From the NCBI GenBank assembly GCA_964016885.1, contig OZ024743.1:22506001-22570000 (forward strand): a stretch of 64,000 nt of DNA, read 5' to 3'. Below the pieces are notes generated by a model. The model was not told where the DNA came from. It did not search any database and saw only the letters and a program-made list of their open reading frames with translations. Source of the DNA: Eledone cirrhosa. Lineage: Eukaryota. Numbering within the stretch: position 1 is the first letter of the stretch; each line of letters opens with the position of its first letter. Of this stretch, positions 1 to 11,948 are shown one piece after another. Made by a program: the position numbers and the translations under genes.

Positions 1-939
1 CAAGTTTGTTTTTAATCTGCAAGCTGTGTACCAGAGGGTGAAGGAAAACAGTATCCTTGTTTAAAAAAAAAAAGCCCTGCTCGGGAAAATTTAAAATCAT
101 TTTGGTTTAAAAGATAGACTTTAACCAGGATGCATCATGGTTGAATACAATAAAGACAGAATACTATATCAACAATAAAATTTATACAATTGATTTTGAA
201 ATTTTCAGTAAAACTATGAGGAAGCTATATAATAGGAAGACACCAAATAGTTAAATGCTGGTATAAGAGGTTGATGTTCTACAAAAAGTCACTGATTAAA
301 AAAAAAATATGGAAAGACAGATTGACATATGAAATTGGCATATCATATCACAAGTGAAACTTGAAGCCAAAAATTAAAATACTGGCTTGGCAAAAAACTA
401 CTAGTTCTGTGCTTGCCAAAACATTATGTATAAACTTTAGAGAAGTGGCTTCAGCCAATTACCCAAGATCATTGCAGGACCAACAGTGTAACAATCAATG
501 AGCAGGCAAGTGGAAGAACTGAAGTGTGGGTCTGTGTCAAACGTCATCGTCATCATCATCATTATTGTTGTTTTCATTTCGTCTTTTCTATCCTGGCATA
601 GGCTGGACAGGACTTTTTGATGCAATATTTTACAATTGAATGCCCTTCCTGAAACTAGCCCTTTTAGTACCTTCTTACAACATGCATGTATACAATGTAC
701 CTATTCTAAACCAGATACACATGGATAACTTTTGATAAATAAAGATGTGATGTTTAAAGTCAGCAAATGCTGCAGAAACCTGGTAATAGTATAGCTTAAT
801 TAGAGAAAATCATTCAGTTCTTTTCCCTACTTTTGGTTATTTAAGTCACTGCACTTGAAAAGAGGACCTGATTCTTTGGTCACTGTCATTCAAAAGCTCA
901 CAAATACCTGGTCAACTATCATTATACTTAAAGCTGAAA

Positions 940-1058
940 TTCTGAGTTCAAATCCCGCCGAGGTTAACTTTGCCTTTTATCCTTACGGGGTCGATAAAAT
1001 AAAGTACCAGTAATGTACTGGGTAATTTCTGGCCTTGTGCCAATAGTAGAAACAATTA
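940..1058 (+). mobile_element. SINE-A, 5'-truncated copy with a 19-bp target-site duplication
   Basis: Starts at the B box GAGTTCAAATCC, has the core GCCTTTTATCCTTACGGGGTCGATAAAATAAAGTACCAG and ends GGCCTTGTGCCAATAGTAGAAACAATT. ATTATACTTAAAGCTGAAA occurs at both 921-939 and 1055-1073. Confidence 0.9.
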
Positions 1059-1430
1059 TACTTAAAGCTGAAAGTAGAACAGAACACCTGAGGAGGTCTG
1101 GGCCATTGAAAAAAAATCAAACTCAATCCAAAACGTGTTCATATCATTTACCAAAAAACACAAGGGCATTCACTGTTGGCTCTTTGATTGATGAAAATAA
1201 CACTCTCCATGATCATGTAGCATGGGTGAAATCCTGTTTTCAGCAATCCTGACATGGTTAGTCTGAGCTGTATCAGTGATGTTAATCCCCAACACACTAT
1301 ATCTGACATAACATTTTGCACCTCTCATATATTAGTAGTAAAAGAAAAAAAAAAAAATTAAACCCAACCCAACAGCAGGGCCAGTATTGAGTACCTTACT
1401 TAATGTGGTTACCTCAGATTGAACCCAGGA

Positions 1431-1520
1431 TACACACACACATATATATGTATGTGTATATATATATGTATATATATATATATATATATTGTGTGTGTGT
1501 GTATGTACACACACACACAC
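1431..1520. repeat. (CA)/(TA)/(TG) compound microsatellite
   Basis: Directly visible dinucleotide runs. Confidence 0.9.
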
Positions 1521-2189
1521 AAAGACACTATTTCCTTCTATAAACTGTTTTAACTGTTCAACATATAGGGAAAAGGAATAGATAAGAAAAAAAATATAAT
1601 AAATATGTAAAAAAAAGTAAATGATAAAAAGATCTGGAATGAATTTGTTTGAAATACCACTGAATTGGTTACATGTTATGACTACAAGATCTTAAAGGCA
1701 AAGTAGTAAGAGCATAGCTATATTCTAGCATTTACTGAATCAGCCAAAGTAAACAAGCTCATTGACAATGGTACAAAAACAAGAACTTTTCTTTTATCAG
1801 AATACACCATTTAGCAGAAGAATTTTAATTACTTTCACAGCAGCAAATTCTATATCATTGCTTTAAATGACAACTCTCTCTTTCTCTCTTTCAAATGAAA
1901 TAGATACCATTTGAACATCTATTCATTCCTAATATAAGAAGGGATAAGCTTCTTTCCATTCATAGGAGCTAAATCTCTAATCTGGGATACCACATGCAGC
2001 AACACATTCTCCCCCCTCTCCCACTTGTTGCTTCAGATACAAACCCTGACAAAGAGGGGAAGATAGTCAAACACCAGAACTTGACTGATTGCTTCCTTTT
2101 CATGCCAGTTGCTGTCATGACCTCTGCTGTCATCAGTCCTCAAATTGTTGTTTTCTTCCACAAAATTGAGAGTAGTGCATCCAGCTTGT

Positions 2190-3025
2190 ATAGTAGTAGT
2201 AGTAGTAGTAGTAGTAAAAGTAATAGCGGTAGCAGGAGTAATAGCGGTAGCAGTAGTAATAGCAATTGTTTCTACTTTAGGCACAAGGCCAGTCAATTAC
2301 CCAGTGCATTACTGGTACTTTATTTTATCGACCCCGTAAGGATGAAAGGCAAAGTTAACCTCAGCGGGATTTGACTTTGCCTCTCATCCTTACGGGGTCG
2401 ATAAAATAAAGTACCAGTAATGCACTGGGTATTTGCTGGCCTTGTGCCTAAAGTAGTAGTAATAGTAATAGCAGCAGTCATAGTAATAACAGCAGCAGTA
2501 GTAATAGTAGTAGTAATAGCAGCAGCAGTAGTAATAGTAGTAGTAATAGCAGCAGCAGTAGTAATACCAGTAGCAGCAGCAGTAGTAGTAGTAATAGCAG
2601 TAGCAGTACTAGCAGCAGTAGTAGTAATAGCAGTAGCAGTACTAGCAGCAGTAGTAGCAGTAGCAGTAGTAATAGCAGCAGCAGTAGTAATAGTAGTAGT
2701 AATAGTAGTAGTAATAGCAGCAGTAGTAGTAATAGTAGTAGTAATAGCAGCAGTAGTAGTAATAGTAGTAGTAATAGCAGCAGCAGTAGTAGTAGTAATA
2801 GTAGTAGTAATAGTAATAGCAGCAGCAGTAGTAATAGTAATAGTAGTAGTAATAGTAATAGCAGCAGCAGTAGTAATAGTAGTAGTAATAGTAGTAGTAA
2901 TAGCAGCAGTAGTAGTAATAGTAGTAGTAATAGTAGTAGTAATAGCAGTTGTAATAGCAGTAGCAGGAGTAGTAGTAGTAGTAGTAATAGCAGTAGCAGC
3001 AGTAGTAGTAGTAGTAGTAGTAGTA
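2190..3025. repeat. Compound trinucleotide tract (TAG/TAA/CAG)n interrupted by a SINE fold-back
   Basis: AGT/AAT/AGC units in constant register. This tract produces the spurious poly-V/T/L/Y ORFs. Confidence 0.95.
2264..2456. mobile_element. Two SINE-A 3' halves joined in inverted orientation (fold-back)
   Basis: 2272-2358 is the reverse complement of 2371-2456 with few mismatches, separated by a 12-nt spacer. Confidence 0.9.
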
Positions 3026-3334
3026 AGGAACCCCATGAGATAGAGTGGCTAATGCAATGGGTATTACTGTCTCTTCTCCACAGCAATGTCTGCCATATTG
3101 TCCAGTGTACAACTGAGATATACCACCATGACTTGAGTGTTGATCCTGCTGATTCCTAACACTTACCCTTACTTTTGCTATTTGAGTTTTGCTCCTTTTT
3201 ATGTTTTTTTTTTATTACAAATATTCTATACTTTGACTAAAATTTGTTGAATAAAAACTCATTTACTTAGCATTTTGTCCCATGATTTAATGATTCTGTC
3301 AATCTACTACATTCAACAGGCATAATAATAATGA

Positions 3335-3590
3335 TTATTTCTACTTTGGCACAAGGCCAGCAATTATTCCAGTATTACTGGTACTTTATTTTATTGACAA
3401 TGTTTTCTTATATAGGCACAAGGCCAGCAATTTTGGGAGAGGGGAAAGTCGATTAAATCGACCCTAGTGCGTGACTGGTCCTTTATTTTATCAACCCCGT
3501 AAGGATGAAAGGCAAAGTTAACCGTGGCAGGATTTGAACTCAGACCGTAAAGGGCCGCAACTATGCTGCAATACATGGTCTCTGACACTA
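3335..3590 (-). mobile_element. SINE-A 3' fragment followed by a long-variant SINE-A
   Basis: Two GGCACAAGGCCAGCAATT termini. The second copy carries the extra TTTTGGGAGAGGGGAAAGTCGATTAAATCGACC segment. Confidence 0.85.
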
Positions 3591-3743
3591 CTGTTCTGTT
3601 TTTATATTACCTCAAAAGCAATAAAAATACAAAACATTAAAATATCTAGCAAAGAACATCTTAATATTAATTGTTTTACTATAGACAGAAGATTATACTT
3701 TCAGACATTGTAATATTAATAATATATTAATATTATATATATT

Positions 3744-3926
3744 AATTGTTTCTACTTTAGGCACAAGGCCAGCAATTACCCAGTGCATTACTGGTACTTT
3801 ATTTTATCGACCCCGTAAGGATGAAAGGCAAAGTCAACCTCGGCGGGATTTGAACTCAGATCGTAAAGGGACGTAACTATGCTGGAAAACATGGCGTCCG
3901 ACCCTCTACCGATACTGCCAATCCAC
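3744..3926 (-). mobile_element. SINE-A, full-length tRNA-derived copy
   Basis: On the minus strand: A-box-like TGGCAGTATCGG, B box GAGTTCAAATCC, central GCCTTTCATCCTTACGGGGTCGATAAAATAAAGTACCAG (resembles, from memory, the Meta/MESC SINE core), and an ATT tail. Confidence 0.92.
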
Positions 3927-3943
3927 ATTAATGATATTGATAA

Positions 3944-4125
3944 TAATTGTTTCTACTTTAGGCACAAGGCCAGCAATTACCCAGTGCATTACTGGTACTT
4001 TATTTTATCGACCCCGTAAGGATGAAAGGCAAAGTCAACCTCGGCGGGATTTGAACTCAGATCGTAAAGGGACGTAACTATGCTAGAAAGCATGGCGTCC
4101 AACCCTCTACCGATACTGCCAATTC
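3944..4125 (-). mobile_element. SINE-A, full-length copy head-to-tail with 3744-3926
   Basis: Nearly identical to the preceding copy and flanked by ATTGATAAT(A/G)AT on both sides. Confidence 0.92.
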
Positions 4126-4728
4126 AAATTGATAATGATTTTTTTATTGGTCACAAAAATATAAGGACAAAATACAAGCAGCAGCAGCAAAGCAGTAGCA
4201 GTGGTAGCAGCAATTGTTGTTGTAGCAGCAGTATTAGTAGTAGTAATAAAAAATATTTCAATAATTTACCAAAAGAATAGAGTCTCTGTTGCATTCAAAG
4301 CTAATAACTATAGCCACCTTTGTAAAGTTTGATAAACACACACCATATGTCCTATGTCATGTTTATAAAACTTTATTACAAAGACTGACATAGTATGTAA
4401 AAGAAACTTTAGTAAAGAACCAAATTTAGAAATTTTATGAGTCTGACAGTGGATAATTGAAATAATTTATCCTTTTGACAGGCCTTTTGGTAAGCTTTAG
4501 TGCAAAGCAGGACATTTTGTGTGGTGTGGGTACTCTTTCACAAAGAACATATTTTCATTAACTCTATTTTCTAAATCTTAGGGTGCACCATTGAAAAGTA
4601 GCAGTGCCATTCAGTAGTCTGCATCCTGAAATCAAGAAATAATTATTTCATTCTTTGGTATAAGGTCTATTTGTAAGAAATTACCTTTTTTTAGCATTTG
4701 TTTGTTTTTCTTAAAATTCAGTATTTAT

Positions 4729-4869
4729 TTAACCCTTGAGCATTTAAACTGGCCATAACTGGCTGCTCATACTTATGTTAAGGTATTGTTCTCAAAATAG
4801 ATAATATCAAAATCTTGTAGATTTAATATTATGTGAGATAAAGTGTTTACCATGAAAATACAATAGTAA
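4729..4869 (+). mobile_element. piggyBac-type MITE, partial
   Basis: Left end TTAACCCTTGAGCATTT and internal sequence matching 56094-56319. The right TIR is missing. Confidence 0.75.
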
Positions 4870-4914
4870 GCAAAAAATAACCCTGCCAAATATTGAACCA
4901 GCATGCATTTACCA

Positions 4915-5142
4915 TTAACCCTTTAGCATTCACATTACTCTATATATACTATTATATTTTCATAGTAAAGGCTTTACCTCACATAATTATCTCACATAAT
5001 ATCGAATCTATGAGATTTTAAAAGTATTTATTTTCAGAACAATACCTTAACATCAGTTTGAGCGACCAGTTACAGCCAGTTTCAACAGAAAGAGGTAGAG
5101 AATTCTGGCCGATTTTGGCCGGTTTGAACACTAAAGGGTTAA
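4915..5142 (-). mobile_element. piggyBac-type MITE (~230 bp)
   Basis: TTAA-CCCTTTAGCATT ... AACACTAAAGGG-TTAA. A TTAA target and CCC...GGG termini are the piggyBac hallmark. Confidence 0.85.
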
Positions 5143-5324
5143 TACCAAAAGATCTACCAACTTTATTAACAATTTATACTTTAAAGAGTTTGTGATTGAC
5201 CTAAAAACTGCAACCAAATGTTTCTCTAATTACATCCTACTGTCTTTAAAAACAGGAATAACACAATGTAATGTATAATGCATGGTAGGACATACTAGCA
5301 AGTCATACTTGATTGTGAATGACA

Positions 5325-5910
5325 GTAGTAGTAGTAGTAGCAGCAGTAGTGGTGGTGGCTGTAGTAGTTGTTGTAGTAACAGTAGTAATAATAGTAGTGG
5401 TGGTGGCTGTAGTAGTAGTTGTTGTAGTAACAGTAGTAATAATAGTAGTGGTGGTGGCAGTAGTAGTAGCAATTGTAGTAACAGTAGTAATAGTAGTAGT
5501 GGTGGTGGTGGTGGTAGTAGTAGTAGTAATGGTGGTAGTAGTGGTGGTAGTAGTAGTAGTAATGGTGGTAGTAGTGGTGGTAGTAGTAGTGATAGTAGTA
5601 GTGGTAGTAGTAGTAGTAGTAGTAATAGTAGTAGTGGTGGTGGCTGTAGTAGTAGTGGTGGTAGTAGTATTAGTAGCAGTATTAGTAGTGGTGGTTGTGG
5701 TAGTCGTAGTAGTGGTGGTGGTGGTAGCAGTAGTAGCAGCAGCAGCAATAGTAGTAGTAGTAGTAGTAGTGGTAATAGTAGTAGCAGCAGCAGTAATAGT
5801 AGTGGTAGTAGTAGTGGTGGCTGTAGTAGTAGTGGTGGCTGTAGTAGTAGTAGTGGTGGCTGTAGTAGTATTGGTGGCTGTAGTAGTAGTGGTGGCTGTA
5901 GTAGTAGTAA
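5325..5910. repeat. Compound trinucleotide tract (TAG/TGG/CAG)n
   Basis: Visible AGT/GGT/AGC units, which produce the spurious poly-S/G, poly-V and poly-L ORFs. Confidence 0.95.
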
Positions 5911-6023
5911 CAGCGATATAGTATATGATTATGGTATCTTACAATCAAGCTCAGCAAATATCAGGCTTATTAGTTTGTTGCTAGTTAGCATGAGGGAAAA
6001 TTTAGCAAAATAGCATTTACTAT

Positions 6024-6202
6024 AATTGTTTCTACTTTTGACACAAGGCCAGCAATTACCCAGTGCATTACTGGTACTTTATTTTATCGACCCCGTAAGG
6101 ATGAAAGGTAAAGTTAACCTCGGCGGGATTTGAACTCAGAATGGTAAGGGCCGTAACTATGCGTCAAAGCATAGCGTCCAACCCTCTACCGATACTGCCA
6201 AT
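6024..6202 (-). mobile_element. SINE-A
   Basis: Same head, core and tail as 3744-3926. Confidence 0.9.
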
Positions 6203-6382
6203 AATGTTAATCAGGCAGTAAAGTGCAGGAATTGATAAAACAAAATCTTATCGTTGTATCTAACCCTGCTGTGCTTAGTGAATAATGTAGTCATAGATAT
6301 TCAATATACTTGCAAAAAATAGTAGATCACAACTGTAACCCTTTGTATCATGTCTATTTGATTAGGGTCAACTTATGAAACA

Positions 6383-6563
6383 GTGGATTGGCATTATCGG
6401 TAGAGGGTCGGACACCATGCTTTCGAGCATAGTTACGTCCCTTTATGGTCTGAGTTCAAATCCCGCCGAGGTTAACTTTGCCTTTCATCCTTACGGGGTC
6501 GATAAAATAAAGTACCAGTATGTACTGGGTGATTGATGGCCTTGTGCCAAAAGTGGAAACAAT
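6383..6563 (+). mobile_element. SINE-A, inverted relative to 6024-6202
   Basis: GTGGATTGGCATTATCGGTAGAG ... GAGTTCAAATCCCGCC ... CCTTGTGCCAAAAGTGGAAACAAT. Confidence 0.9.
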
Positions 6564-6869
6564 ATTAGATTATCACAGATACAGATAAAAAAACATACTC
6601 CATAACACATATAAAAACTAGTTACATCATCATCAGATTCTCTTAACAAATGTAAATTGTCAGATTTGTATGAGGTTATAAATTTGTAAGTGATTGGTAG
6701 AATCAACTGAATAAGCCCCTGGACATGTTAAAAAATGTCAAAGTCTGCCCTCACCCAGAGCTTATACTGGTTTCCTCAATATCAAAAGTCCCCCCTGGAC
6801 AGGACATAAGTCCATAACAGGGTTAACTCCCAGTATCTGTTAGTACACATTTTCAGTTAAGTGTACTCA

Positions 6870-7116
6870 AAGCATAGTGTTTGACGCTCTACCGATACTG
6901 CCAATCCACCGCCCTCAAAATAATTTAATAATTGTTTCTACTTTTGGCGGCACAAGGCCAGCAATTACCCAGTACATTACAGGTACTTTATTTTATCGAC
7001 CCCGTATGGATGAAAGGCAAAGTTAACCTCGGAGGGATTTGAACTCAAATCGTAAAGGGATGTAACTATGCTGGAAAACATGTCCGACCCTCTATCGATA
7101 CTGCCAATTCACCGCC
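6870..7116 (-). mobile_element. SINE-A (6929-7116) plus the head fragment of a second copy (6870-6913)
   Basis: Both heads abut the same CTCAAAATAAT(T/C)TAATAAT spacer. Confidence 0.88.
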
Positions 7117-8249
7117 CTCAAAATAATCTAATAATAAAAGTGAAAAAGTAAGAAAAAAATTGAAGAGATGTAGAGTAAAGCTGAAGTGTTTCAGTACTTA
7201 TATTAGATAACCAGTTCATAGAGTAAGGACTTCAGGCATATTGTTGCATATTTGGCAAGTTCACACTTCTACATGGCTCAGTTCACATAGCTGATGGGAT
7301 TGGGTCAAAGTAGCAGATTATCTTGTAATGCTACTGGAAATAAAGTGGTGGTCTATCCAGAAGAAACATACATCTATCTGATTATGACAATAAGATCAAT
7401 GAAAAACAATGGCTCTTAAAAATCTCCTTTGAGCTTAAGAGACATTTGAATGTGTTTTTATAGACCAGGTGGAAGAAAATAGATGGATACCATTAGCTAT
7501 GAAACCAAGTAAAATCAGATATTTCCAACCACAACTATGGTTAGCCACATGACTAAGGCTTTTTGTCAATCATTTCATATTTTGCTGCCAGCCTATTGCT
7601 TGGCAACTGAGGTTGCTTTTGCTTTCCCTACCTCATCCCCATTCCATACACAACCCAGTAAAGTGCTGCTTTGGCAAACAGGATCCAAAGCAATATAGTT
7701 TGATATATCCGATTCATAAAGATAAGTAAATTGATTGGCAAGTAAATTCACAAGCAAAACAAAGGCTTATCTTTTATTAGTTCTTACTAAGACTGGAATC
7801 TCACCTTTCCAAATCTTTATCAAAAAGATAGGATTACTATATTACTATTACTATTTATTCAGCCATTGAGGGATGAGTGGCTATGTTGGCCTTGATAGGA
7901 TTTTAGCTAGAACCAAGAAACATCAGACAAGAATACTGTAAAATATCTAAGTTGATGCTCTTACATGTCTGCCAAATTTAAAATGACAAGAACTAATAAT
8001 ATAATAACAGTATTATGAAATGAGAACTAATCAGGATAAGTAAACAAATTATATTGCCAAAGTAATTTTGCCACATGATGTTATTAATTGGTTATCTGAA
8101 AATTGAAATTTGTACTTATTCTGTCATATGTATGTATGGCTATATGTGTATGCATATTAGCTTAGATGATCATATGCATGCAATTGTAATTATATGCAGG
8201 GCATGTGTGGGTGTTTATATATTCTTATAGGCTCATATGTCTGTCACAC

Positions 8250-8682
8250 ACACCTCTCCAAGACAATGTCACTGGACCGAGATCTTTGGCGCTATGCAGT
8301 AATGCAGAAGACCCGCCTTGCCTAAGTACAAAGCGAAACCTACAGTCAGTAGGCACCTCTTAACCAAAATACACCCCCGTCCCACTACCTCCACCACCAT
8401 CTACACCACCCCTTTCGATGTAAAGCTATGTTGGTACCACAACATCCAGTCCTAAATAAATGAGGTCATGTAGGTGTCACGACAAAAAAAAAAACACAAT
8501 CCACGCTGTAATGTGGCCGTGTAGGTAACACAGTAAAAACCTCCCAGTCCACGTGGTTGGTGTTAGGAAGGACATCCGGCTGTAGAAAACCTGCAAGACA
8601 ACCAATCTTACCTCAAGTGGGACAATTCCCGTCCCAGACCTATGCTAGCGTGGAAGATGGACGTTAAACGATGATAATGATG
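8250..8682 (+). mobile_element. RTE LINE 3' fragment, diverged relative of 12254-16256
   Basis: CACCTCTCCAAGACAATGTCACTGGACCGAGA (HLSKTMSLDRD), stop codon, 3' UTR and a (GAT)n-like tail. Confidence 0.85.
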
Positions 8683-9163
8683 CATCATATATACAGGGTG
8701 AGTACATGTGTGTGTGCTTACATAAGATTTGCTGTATAAGTCATGTGTAACAATTTGGAAAATGTGACACAATATGTGACAAGGTTAGCCCTTTGAATCA
8801 AAAGTATAATCCATCCACCCATGTAAATGTTTGATCTTAAGAAAGCAGCAAATAGAACACTCAACAAATTTGTAACTGCTTTAGAAATGGAGATTATATA
8901 TCCTACAAGTTAGAATTTATACTAAGATTAGCATACAAAATGTTTCATTTACTATGATACCATACAGCTACAGATTGATTGGAGGTGCCAAATAAAAAGA
9001 GAATATGGTCAAACACAGAATTTCTGCATTAATGTATTAAATTTACACAAACCCTGAATATAAATATATCAGTTAAACTAATGAAAGACCTACTACACTG
9101 TTTGATCTGCTAGAAATGTCAGCCAAATTTCCTCAAATTAAACACTATTATCTTAAAAAGGGA

Positions 9164-9350
9164 GGGCGGTGAATTGGCAGTATTGGTAGAGGGTTAGACA
9201 TGCTTTCCAGCGTAGTTACATCCCTTTACGATCCGAGTTCAAATCCCGCCGAGGTTAACTTTGCCTTTCATCCTTACGGGGTTGATAAATTAAAGTACCA
9301 GTAATACACTGGGTAATTGCTGGCCTTGTGCCAAAAGTAGAAACAATTAT
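9164..9350 (+). mobile_element. SINE-A with a 21-bp target-site duplication, nested in an older repeat
   Basis: ATTATCTTAAAAAGGGAGGGC occurs at 9147-9167 and 9346-9366. Confidence 0.93.
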
Positions 9351-9978
9351 CTTAAAAAGGGAGGGCACACTATTCAATGGCAAATGAAGAGAAGCTGAAC
9401 AGCAACAGGATGTAAATAGGTACTATGGATATGTACAAGGTGAACTCGGTCTTTTGACATTGAGGTGTTTTAGACGTGTGTATATTATTGTGCATAAAAG
9501 CATGAGGCTTACTGGTTAGGGTGCATTGCTCATAATTGAAAGGTTCAATTCTCTGTGGTACACTGTGTCCTTGAGAAAGTCACTTTCTTTCATGTTCCTG
9601 TCCACTCACTGGATCTCCTTCCTATCACTAACAATGTAAATATGAAATGAACAAGTGTTCAGCATAATACATAAATCCTTAACAACCAGCATACTCTGGA
9701 ATTTGTCAACCATTAGACAACATTTTTCTTAGTCTCTTCAAAACCTACTACAATGACTTCTAGTCATGTGCACTTAGCTAACTATATTCAACTAATACCA
9801 TTCAATGCACCTGCTACTCATTTCATTAGAGTCTGCTATCATGATAATTGATGATGTCATATTTGAAGAATATTTTGAAATATGTCATCAAATATTGAAA
9901 TATTAATTTTCTCTATCATTTAATGAAAATAACATTTAAAATTTCCTTGCATTAATTAAAAACATTAATTTTAAAAAA

Positions 9979-10163
9979 GGTGGATTGGCAGTATCGGTAG
10001 AGGGTCGGACGCTATGCTTTCTAGCATAGTTACGTCCCTTTATGATCTGAGTTCAAATCCCGCCGAGGTTAACTTTGCCTTTCATCCTTACGGGGTCGAT
10101 AAAATAAAGTACCAGTAATGCACTGGGTAATTGCTGGCCTTGTGCCTAAAATAGAAACAATTA
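9979..10163 (+). mobile_element. SINE-A with an ATTAATTT-A-rich target-site duplication
   Basis: Full head, core and tail. ATTAATTTTAAAAAA precedes it and ATTAATTTAAAAAAA follows it. Confidence 0.9.
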
Positions 10164-11474
10164 ATTTAAAAAAAATAAAAAGGAATATCTTCATTTCAGC
10201 AGCTCCTTGCATTCTGAGTTCAAATCCTAGCATGGTCAACTTTGTCTTTCATTCTTACAAAGTCAATAAAGTCAAGGGTGGTAGACTGGTAGAGCCAAAA
10301 AGGATGCCTTGTGATATCTGTTCTGGTTTTTTCCATTCTCAGTCTAAATTCACTTGAATAGCAACTCATGGAAACCATGAGCTTCTCAAAATTATTAAGC
10401 TGATTGTGGCACATTCAAATTGGATTTTGTAAGTAATTTAAATTGTTTAGTCAAGGGAGAAAACCATGTCTAAGATCTTTCTCAGAAGCCTTTAAGATCA
10501 GTTGTATAGAGGAGGGAGCAGTTATCTTGGGAGCAAAGACCTTGCCTGAATGCATGCAACAGAGATGACCACTAAATATACTCAAGAGCCAGATAGTGAT
10601 GTCTCCCTTAAATCACACTACCATATTAAAGAAAGGAAGAATATATCATAGATCTGCTCAATCAGAGCTGATCTGGGCTTAAACAAAAGTTAGCCTATTG
10701 TGAGTAACTTTCCTTGATATACTACAACTTATTCCCTGTCACCTAGGTGAACTGAATCATTGTTTTAAAAAGATACATACTAATAGTTGTAAGATATAGA
10801 ATAGAATGTTTTGCCCAGAGACACAATGTAATGACTCCACAGAAATATTGCCAATATATGTGCCAGTCACTTTTCTATGTTGACAGATTGAGCAAAAGAA
10901 ATCATGTACAACATTGAAATATTGCATAATTTTCCATGAATTTCCCACCACTGGTGGAATGATATAGTATTCTGTCATTGTATCTTTTCAAAACAATTGA
11001 TCTTCTAAAACATGCTCTTACATGCACTTATTCAGATTACCCAGGGTGTTTGTTTTTAGTTAGTTAGCCAGCTAAAATCAGCAGCTAAATTTCTTCAAAT
11101 TACACATTGCTGTATTAGAAAATGGAAGAACATATTGGATAATGTAGTCCTAGATATACAAAATAATATCACTGCTGGAATGTATTTGGTCATAGGTTTT
11201 TCTCTTTTTGATCCAATAGCAAATTGATAAATAATCCCACAAATCTACATGTTATACAATCCGTTGTCCTATGGTAGTCAATTTTTATTTGATTTTCTCA
11301 CTTCCGTGAGACTATTCTTGGAAATATCACAGACCAATTTTATTTCATTCACTTCACAAATAGTGTTTTCATACCAGATTTTTCAAAACATCTGCACAGA
11401 ACTTTACCAATTTTACCAATTTTCTCCATTGGTGTTAGTTAAAAACATTTCTTTCCCAGTTGATCTCCCTTATT

Positions 11475-11664
11475 AAAACCGGCCCTATCCAAACAAAATT
11501 CTCACCTCTTTCTGTTCAAATCAGCTACTCAAATTTATGTTAAGGTATAGTTCTCAAAATAAATAAAACCTTGTAGATTCGATATTACATGTGATAATTA
11601 TGTGAAATAAAGTGTTTACTAGGAAAATGCAATAGTATATATGGAGTAAATGCTAAAGGGTTAA
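11475..11664 (+). mobile_element. piggyBac-type MITE, left end eroded
   Basis: Ends AATGCTAAAGGGTTAA and the interior matches the other copies. Confidence 0.8.
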
Positions 11665-11948
11665 ACTGGTTTCAAAAAGGAATTTACACTATCCTTAAAT
11701 TACATATTTGGTCTAAGCTGAGGATGATTTCCACATACAAGCATCTGCTTCAGAATTTTCTGATAATGTATTAATACAAGGTGTTAGGTTCACACTTAAC
11801 AGTGTTTGTCTACAATTGCATCAGTGCTCAAGATATTCACTCCTCTTAAAGCTTCTGTGTCTAGAGTCTGTAATGACAAGATAACATTCAGAATATGTTT
11901 TAAACACTTCTGATGAAAGTGCTCAAAAGCCTTTAAATGCATGTATTA

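Noticed and set aside
1994-3112. Long poly-Thr/Val/Leu/Tyr ORFs in several frames
   Set aside because: They are by-products of a trinucleotide tract and SINE sequence, with no splice or domain evidence.
5230-6013. Ser/Gly-rich 243-aa ORF resembling a structural or loricrin-like protein
   Set aside because: It lies wholly within an (AGT/GGT)n tract that is open in several frames, and is antisense to the host gene.
10790-10870. Possible next PDE exon (minus-strand YFCGV)
   Set aside because: The flanking residues do not match FCGI...NAQL and there are no convincing splice sites.
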